Of a stretch of DNA of 20,000 nt, positions 14,855-20,000 are shown piece after piece; the stretch's first letter is position 1; each line of letters opens with the position of its first letter. The notes below the pieces were generated by a model, which was given only the letters and a program-made list of their open reading frames with translations, did not search any database and had not been told where the DNA came from. Location: assembly GCF_002087085.1 (NCBI RefSeq), contig NZ_MWQY01000020.1, forward strand, positions 47,974 through 67,973. Direction: 5' to 3'. The translations under genes and the position numbers were made by a program.

Positions 14855-16156
14855 TTACCGAAGCAGTCCGGGCAGAAAAAGAGAGAGCTGGGGAAACACA
14901 ATCAGAATAAGTGCGGAAATCAGCAGCATCAGAAGATACGGCAGGGCACCTTTGAAGATGACCGTAAGCGGAATATCCCGTTCTATACCGCTGACCACGT
15001 AGACATTCACCCCCACGGGAGGTGTAATTACCCCCATCTGAGTGATGACCACCACGATCACGCCGAACCATACAGGATCGAAACCGAGTTCCAGAATTAC
15101 CGGATAAAAGATCGGTATCGTCAGCAGAATAAGCGCCAGGGCGTCGATAAAACAGCCCGCGAACAGAAAAAAGAGTATGATTATGATCATGACCCCCCAG
15201 CCCGGCAAAGGCAGGGAGACAAAGAAACCCGCCACAGCAAAGGGAATCCGGGACACGGCAAGAAACCTGCCGAAGATAACCGCCCCGGCCACGATAAAGA
15301 AGATCATGCTCGAGGTCCGCACGGTCTCGAAGATTATCATCTTCAGTTTATGCAGGGACATCTCCTTCTGAAAGATGGCAATGGCAAAACTGCCGGCTGT
15401 TCCCACGGCCGCGGCCTCGATGGGGGTGAAAATCCCGAAGAACATCCCTCCCATGACCAGGAAAAAGAGAATCAGGGTCTCGATAACTCCGGTGAGGGAC
15501 TGGAAACGCTCCTTCCAGCTGTGCCGGGGCCCCGCGGGACCGAGCCTGCTGTTGCCGATGCAGCTGAAATAGATGGACAGGCAGAAGAGCAGGGCAATCA
15601 GTATTCCCGGAATGATGCCTGCCAGAAAGAGATCTCCGATGGACTGCTCTGTCATAAGGGCGTACACGATAAAGACAACCGAGGGGGGAATCAGCATACC
15701 CAGGGAGCCTCCTGCTGCAACGGTCCCGGAGGCCAGGGAGTCCGCATAGCCGTAGCGCTTCATCTCCGGCAGGGCTACAGCGGACATGGTTGCCGCGGTA
15801 GCGGGTCCCGAACCGCAGATTGCACCGAATCCTGCGCAGGCGCCCACCGTGGCCATGGCAAGACCTCCCCTGAGATGGCCGATCCACACATAGGCGGTAC
15901 GGAACATGCGCCTGCTTATTCCGGCATGAAAGGCGATCTGCCCCATCATTACGAAGAGGGGAATCACCGTCAGGCTGTAGGAAGAAAAGGTCTCATACAG
16001 ATCGGCGCTGACCATGCTGAAGGCCGCCGCGGGATTCACGATCAGGGCAAATCCGATTACCCCCGCGGCCAGCATGGCGAATGCGACGGGCATGCTGGTC
16101 AAAAGCAGCCCGAGAAGGATCAGACACCCGATTACACCGATTTCCACAGGACTCAT
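14855..16156 (-). CDS. dctM: TRAP transporter large permease
   Basis: Highly hydrophobic; IPLFVMMG, FGAICGSGPATAA, GSLGMLIPPS, ITPPVGVNVYV. Confidence 0.96.
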   Translation of the reverse strand: MSPVEIGVIGCLILLGLLLTSMPVAFAMLAAGVIGFALIVNPAAAFSMVSADLYETFSSYSLTVIPLFVMMGQIAFHAGISRRMFRTAYVWIGHLRGGLAMATVGACAGFGAICGSGPATAATMSAVALPEMKRYGYADSLASGTVAAGGSLGMLIPPSVVFIVYALMTEQSIGDLFLAGIIPGILIALLFCLSIYFSCIGNSRLGPAGPRHSWKERFQSLTGVIETLILFFLVMGGMFFGIFTPIEAAAVGTAGSFAIAIFQKEMSLHKLKMIIFETVRTSSMIFFIVAGAVIFGRFLAVSRIPFAVAGFFVSLPLPGWGVMIIIILFFLFAGCFIDALALILLTIPIFYPVILELGFDPVWFGVIVVVITQMGVITPPVGVNVYVVSGIERDIPLTVIFKGALPYLLMLLISALILIVFPQLSLFLPGLLR

Positions 16157-16635
16157 GGTTTGATAAACTCCCTGCCCGGATGCGTAAGATGGTAGAGAAA
16201 AACGATCATCATCAGTATAAAGTTAAAACTGACCAGCATGGGTATCCAGAAAACCGGAAGTCCCAGATTGGGGAAAACCTCACCTGAAGCCAGCAGGGCA
16301 AGGCCGTGGCGGTACAGCTGAACCGTAAGTACACCGAAGATGGCCAGGGCGGACAGGCGCAGAAGGGAGTCCAGGATCAGACGGCCGAGCCTGCTGCACT
16401 TATGGTAAAAGAACTCGATGGCAATGTGGCCCTTGACCGCCGTCAGATACGGCAGGGCACAGGCCACGGCGACGACTCCGCAGGCACGCACCAGATCATA
16501 GGCACCCGTGATCCCGGTGCCGAAGAGGCGAAGCAGAACGTCGATAACGGTAATACCCATCATGAGAAGAACCGCTCCGCCGGCGATAATGGCGAGAGCC
16601 TTTATAAGCTGCCTGATGATGGAGAAAAACACCAT
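16153..16635 (-). CDS. dctQ: TRAP transporter small permease
   Basis: Four TM helices, DVLLRLFG and KGHIAIEFF motifs; lies between dctP and dctM with an ATGA overlap. Confidence 0.92.
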   Translation of the reverse strand: MVFFSIIRQLIKALAIIAGGAVLLMMGITVIDVLLRLFGTGITGAYDLVRACGVVAVACALPYLTAVKGHIAIEFFYHKCSRLGRLILDSLLRLSALAIFGVLTVQLYRHGLALLASGEVFPNLGLPVFWIPMLVSFNFILMMIVFLYHLTHPGREFIKP

Positions 16636-16642
16636 GGGGCGC

Positions 16643-17656
16643 TTACTTCAACAATGCCAGAAGATCTTTCAGAAAGGCTTCTCCGGGAAGCCCCTTCTCT
16701 TCCGTGGACCGTATATATTCGGCATAGATGGGGTCCATGGCCGCGACCAGAGCGCTCTGCTCTGATTCCGGCAGATCGACAAACTCCTTGCCCAGCTCCT
16801 TTACAAACGCTTCGCCTTCCCGGTCGCTCTGGTCCCAGGCCTCCCCGTGACGATCGATCCATTCATCACTGACCTCATTGATAACAGCCTGAAGGTCTTC
16901 GGGCAGGGAGTTCCAGGTATTTTTGTTCATAACGGAAAACATTGCCGTTGTGTAGCCGATTGCCCTGGTATCGACAACGTAGTCGATTACCTCCCCCTGC
17001 TTCCAGCCCTTCAGGGTTTCAATAGGGCAGAAGGTGGCGTCAACGACCCCCTTCTGCAGGGCTTCATAGGTGTCTCCCTGACTCATGGAAACAGGCGTAG
17101 CCCCTAAAGCCGTCACAATCTTGGCGGAAAGTCCGGTGGCCCGGATCTTCATGTTCGCTATCTCATCCACACTTCTGACGGACTTCTTTGACGCCAGTAT
17201 TCCCGGGCCGTGGGCGTGAAGATAGATTACGTGGACATCGGAGAGCTCTTCGGGCTGGTATTTCTTTACCATCTCGTTGGCCACCCGGGTAGCCGTCAGC
17301 CCGTCGGGATAGCCCACAGGCAGGTCCAGGCCTTCCAGCAGGGGAAAGCGTCCCCGGGTATAGGCAAAGACGCTCATACCAATATCCGCGACACCGGAAA
17401 CTACGGCCTCGTAGGTTTGCGCCGCGTTGGAGAGGGTTCCGCCGTGAAACATGGTTATCCTGATTCGTCCACCGCTTCTTTCTTCCACCTCCCTGGCCCA
17501 CGCTTCGGCAGTCTGGGCCTGCAGGTGGGTGGCGGGAAAGAACACCGCGTAATTCAGTTCATAGCTTTCTTTTTCAGCAGAATTTTCAGTTTCTGTCTTG
17601 CTGCAGCCCGACAGCACGATAAGAACAGCGATCAGAAGGACGAGACATCTTTTCAT
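16643..17656 (-). CDS. dctP: TRAP transporter substrate-binding lipoprotein
   Basis: Lipobox VLSG-C; EERSGGRIRITMFHGGTL, KIRATG, LGATPVSM, YEALQKGVVDA, MNKNTWNSLPEDLQ; GGAG RBS. Confidence 0.95.
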   Translation of the reverse strand: MKRCLVLLIAVLIVLSGCSKTETENSAEKESYELNYAVFFPATHLQAQTAEAWAREVEERSGGRIRITMFHGGTLSNAAQTYEAVVSGVADIGMSVFAYTRGRFPLLEGLDLPVGYPDGLTATRVANEMVKKYQPEELSDVHVIYLHAHGPGILASKKSVRSVDEIANMKIRATGLSAKIVTALGATPVSMSQGDTYEALQKGVVDATFCPIETLKGWKQGEVIDYVVDTRAIGYTTAMFSVMNKNTWNSLPEDLQAVINEVSDEWIDRHGEAWDQSDREGEAFVKELGKEFVDLPESEQSALVAAMDPIYAEYIRSTEEKGLPGEAFLKDLLALLK

Positions 17657-17835
17657 TTTTACTCTCCAATTTTTCTACTGGAATAGTTAGAAGATTATTC
17701 GGAATGGAAAACTATTTCAATGGGTGCAGCATCATGATATACTATCCGGGAAATTGCGCCGGAGCTTCGGCCGCATGTAAAAATCGTCATTGTGTTAATG
17801 CATCCCGCCGGACTCAAGCATACGGGGGTGCGGAT

Positions 17836-19905
17836 ATGCTGCTTTTAAACCACAGTTCCAGGTTACAGGTTCCGGGATTCCTTACAGTTATTACGGTCAT
17901 GGCGGTTTTCCTCGTTTTCCCTGGATGCCCGACAGGAGGAAGCGGGGACAGGGGAGGAAGTAATGGGGAAGCGGACCAGACTTTTACTGCTGATCCCTTA
18001 AGCCTTGAAACATCCGCCGCCATTTCCGAGTCATGCGCAGAGGTGGAGCTGCTGTTGATGTCCCGGGGAATCTCCCAGGCAATGCTGGCAGCTGTTCCGA
18101 TACTGGAAAATCATGACTGTGTAAACGACGTGTCCTGGGTGGAACAGCCTGGAAGGGATCCGTACCTTCTGGTGGAGTTCAGCAACGGCATGCTGTTCCT
18201 CATGGATATCATCCGCCTGACCGATATCAGGCCTCCCGTGACAGGCGATCAGGGAATTCCTGCTTCAGGATCAACGGAACCTTTGTCATCATCCCTGATT
18301 CAGGGAATCGTGCAACCCCATGGAACCCGGGCCCAATTCTTTGATCTGCCGGAGTTCTCGACTGATACATGTTTGTGGATGAACTTGTTCGAAGATGCGG
18401 GGTATTCCTGGGAGTACCTTCCCGACTGGCGGGTAGAAGACTTCAGGAACCTTCACCAGAACGCTTTTACCTATGTTGCCACCCATGGATCGGTATTTCA
18501 GCATGGGGACGAAGAGTATTTTGCCTTCCATATTCCCAGCCATATGCGTTGTACCGATGATGACCTCAGCTATATCGCCAACGGCGATTTCTGGGACATT
18601 GCTGTCATACTGCAGCGAGGAATATATATCGTCGAAAATGAGGACCCCTTTGTCTCTGAAGACACCCGATACATGATTACAAACAAATATATCGAAAAAT
18701 ATTCCTCCGCTTTTTCAGACGGCAGCATTTTCTACGCCGATTGCTGCTATTCGGCGGAACCGAATCCCTATGATGAAGAATCGATTCCCCTTGTAAATAC
18801 CCTTCTCGGCATGAATGTTGGCCAGGTGCTGGGCTGGAACGCCCAGACCGGTAACCGGGGATCCATACGGGCGGCAAATTTTCTGGTTGGACAGATGATG
18901 GGAGATCTTTCCGGTCTTGATCTGCTTGATGAGGATTTTTCCGGCAAGCCCTTTAAACCTTACTCTCTGCTGGACTCTTTTACCGCGCTGCAGCATTTCT
19001 TCTGGCACTATTCAGTTCCCGGAGAGCTGATTCTTTTCGGAAACGGCGGAACGATACTCCGTCCGTCGATAAAGCACCTTCATGTAAATGTTGACGTTGA
19101 GGGAGGAGAAGACGATGAACTGTCGCTTCTGGGAAACTTCGGTGACCGGAGCGGAATGGTTATGGTATCGGAGGTTCAGGATAATCCTGCCGCAGGGACT
19201 TCACTTTCGTGGACCGATTGGCAGGATGACGGAATCATGGCCACACTGGATAACGAAACCGCCGGTTATATCACCGTAGTCGTAGACGGGGTTCCGAGTA
19301 ATGCCTTCCCCCTTTCCCGCTGGGAAATAACTGACCTGGAAGTGACAGGTATTCATCCCGGTGGAATCGGTCCGCAGCTCGAACTGACAATAAACGCCTC
19401 CTGGCGGGGGGAAATCCTTGATGAACGGGACGGGATTTTATCCGACGAAAGTGAGACATTCATGGAACCCGCCTGGTCGGAGCCGAATCCCGAGAACAGC
19501 AGAACAGCGACAGAATTCAGTATATCCTCCAGCTGCTATTACAGCTTTTCCGGAACCTTCGAGGACAGCAGGTACCGGTATGAGTATCCCGACGGCGCCA
19601 ACCAGGGATCCATGCCCCTTTCCTTTAACGGAATGCAAAACTTTCTCGGTACTGTAACAATGCGCCCGGATGAGGGAAAAGCACTTTTCAATATTCTCCT
19701 GACAAGGGAAGCCTTTGTTCTGAAGACCGACAAGCAAAGCGGTGCAACCACTGCGGATGAAATCTTCGTATCCGTCGGACTCATATTCGAAACCGGGATG
19801 GACAAAGACGGCAATATTTCCAGTCACGAGGAGCTAAGTCCCTATCAGTTCACCCTGCCCGACATAGAACCTGAATACCCTCCCCTTCAGGAGACATGCC
19901 GTTGA
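17836..19905 (+). CDS. Large acidic hypothetical lipoprotein; possible clan CD (caspase/gingipain-fold) cysteine-peptidase-like domain followed by an IPT/TIG-like domain
   Basis: Long ORF (track start 17704; ATG 17836 follows GGGGGTG). A hydrophobic stretch ends in VFPG-C and is followed by a Gly/Ser linker. Motifs TYVATHGS, IFYADCCYS and VLGWN; Ig-like GNFGDRSG...W.DWQDDGI...GYITVVVDGVPSN. Confidence 0.7.
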   Translation: MLLLNHSSRLQVPGFLTVITVMAVFLVFPGCPTGGSGDRGGSNGEADQTFTADPLSLETSAAISESCAEVELLLMSRGISQAMLAAVPILENHDCVNDVSWVEQPGRDPYLLVEFSNGMLFLMDIIRLTDIRPPVTGDQGIPASGSTEPLSSSLIQGIVQPHGTRAQFFDLPEFSTDTCLWMNLFEDAGYSWEYLPDWRVEDFRNLHQNAFTYVATHGSVFQHGDEEYFAFHIPSHMRCTDDDLSYIANGDFWDIAVILQRGIYIVENEDPFVSEDTRYMITNKYIEKYSSAFSDGSIFYADCCYSAEPNPYDEESIPLVNTLLGMNVGQVLGWNAQTGNRGSIRAANFLVGQMMGDLSGLDLLDEDFSGKPFKPYSLLDSFTALQHFFWHYSVPGELILFGNGGTILRPSIKHLHVNVDVEGGEDDELSLLGNFGDRSGMVMVSEVQDNPAAGTSLSWTDWQDDGIMATLDNETAGYITVVVDGVPSNAFPLSRWEITDLEVTGIHPGGIGPQLELTINASWRGEILDERDGILSDESETFMEPAWSEPNPENSRTATEFSISSSCYYSFSGTFEDSRYRYEYPDGANQGSMPLSFNGMQNFLGTVTMRPDEGKALFNILLTREAFVLKTDKQSGATTADEIFVSVGLIFETGMDKDGNISSHEELSPYQFTLPDIEPEYPPLQETCR

Positions 19906-19940
19906 ATATCTGGAGCGGGGATTATTTTATGGACACCTAT

Positions 19941-19977
19941 AAAAAGGGGCTGTCTATTAAGTAGGCAGTCCCTTTTT
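19941..19977. terminator. Intrinsic (probably bidirectional) terminator
   Basis: AAAAAGGGGCTGTCTA-TTAAG-TAGGCAGTCCCTTTTT, with an A-tract before and a T-tract after the stem. Confidence 0.85.
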
Positions 19978-20000
19978 AAATTTACATGTGCTATAGGTTA

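Noticed and set aside
14420..16195. 591-aa plus-strand ORF
   Set aside because: Antisense shadow of dctM/usp. Its H/Q/R/G-rich composition is what the reverse complement of a hydrophobic, GC-rich gene gives, and it has no recognisable motifs.
17657..17835. Possible riboswitch or ncRNA between dctP and the large lipoprotein gene
   Set aside because: Only a short GC-rich hairpin near 17757-17774, with no conserved aptamer motif that I can recognise. An Rfam/Infernal scan would be needed.

Overview
GC-rich bacterial chromosomal window, most likely from a free-living spirochaete (Spirochaetaceae-like). That assignment is inferred from the 'WAGGQSE'-type solute-binding-protein leader and the many lipoproteins. 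From left to right it contains: (1) the 5' part of a minus-strand gene running off the left edge; (2) a HisKA_3/NarL two-component pair; (3) a carbohydrate locus with a minus-strand operon (GH4 alpha-galactosidase melA, YcjQ-like MDR dehydrogenase, Gfo/Idh/MocA oxidoreductase), a divergent AraC regulator and a YcjNOP-like sugar ABC transporter with no ATPase; (4) three lipoprotein genes around a very AT-rich divergent promoter, namely a tandem FMN-binding protein with two flavinylation motifs, an unrecognised CxC protein with a flavinylation motif, and a tandem rhodanese with two active-site cysteines; (5) a CsgG/FlgO-like-domain protein and a small beta-repeat protein; (6) a dctPQM TRAP transporter plus a universal stress protein; (7) a large lipoprotein with clan-CD-like His/Cys motifs. 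The best candidate for an undescribed system is (4), a putative extracytoplasmic flavin-to-sulfur redox module. The second is the melA-ycjQ-gfo operon, a possible guloside-to-galactoside C3-epimerisation route. No rRNA, tRNA, CRISPR array or mobile element was seen. Family assignments come from motif recognition and recalled sequences, not database searches.
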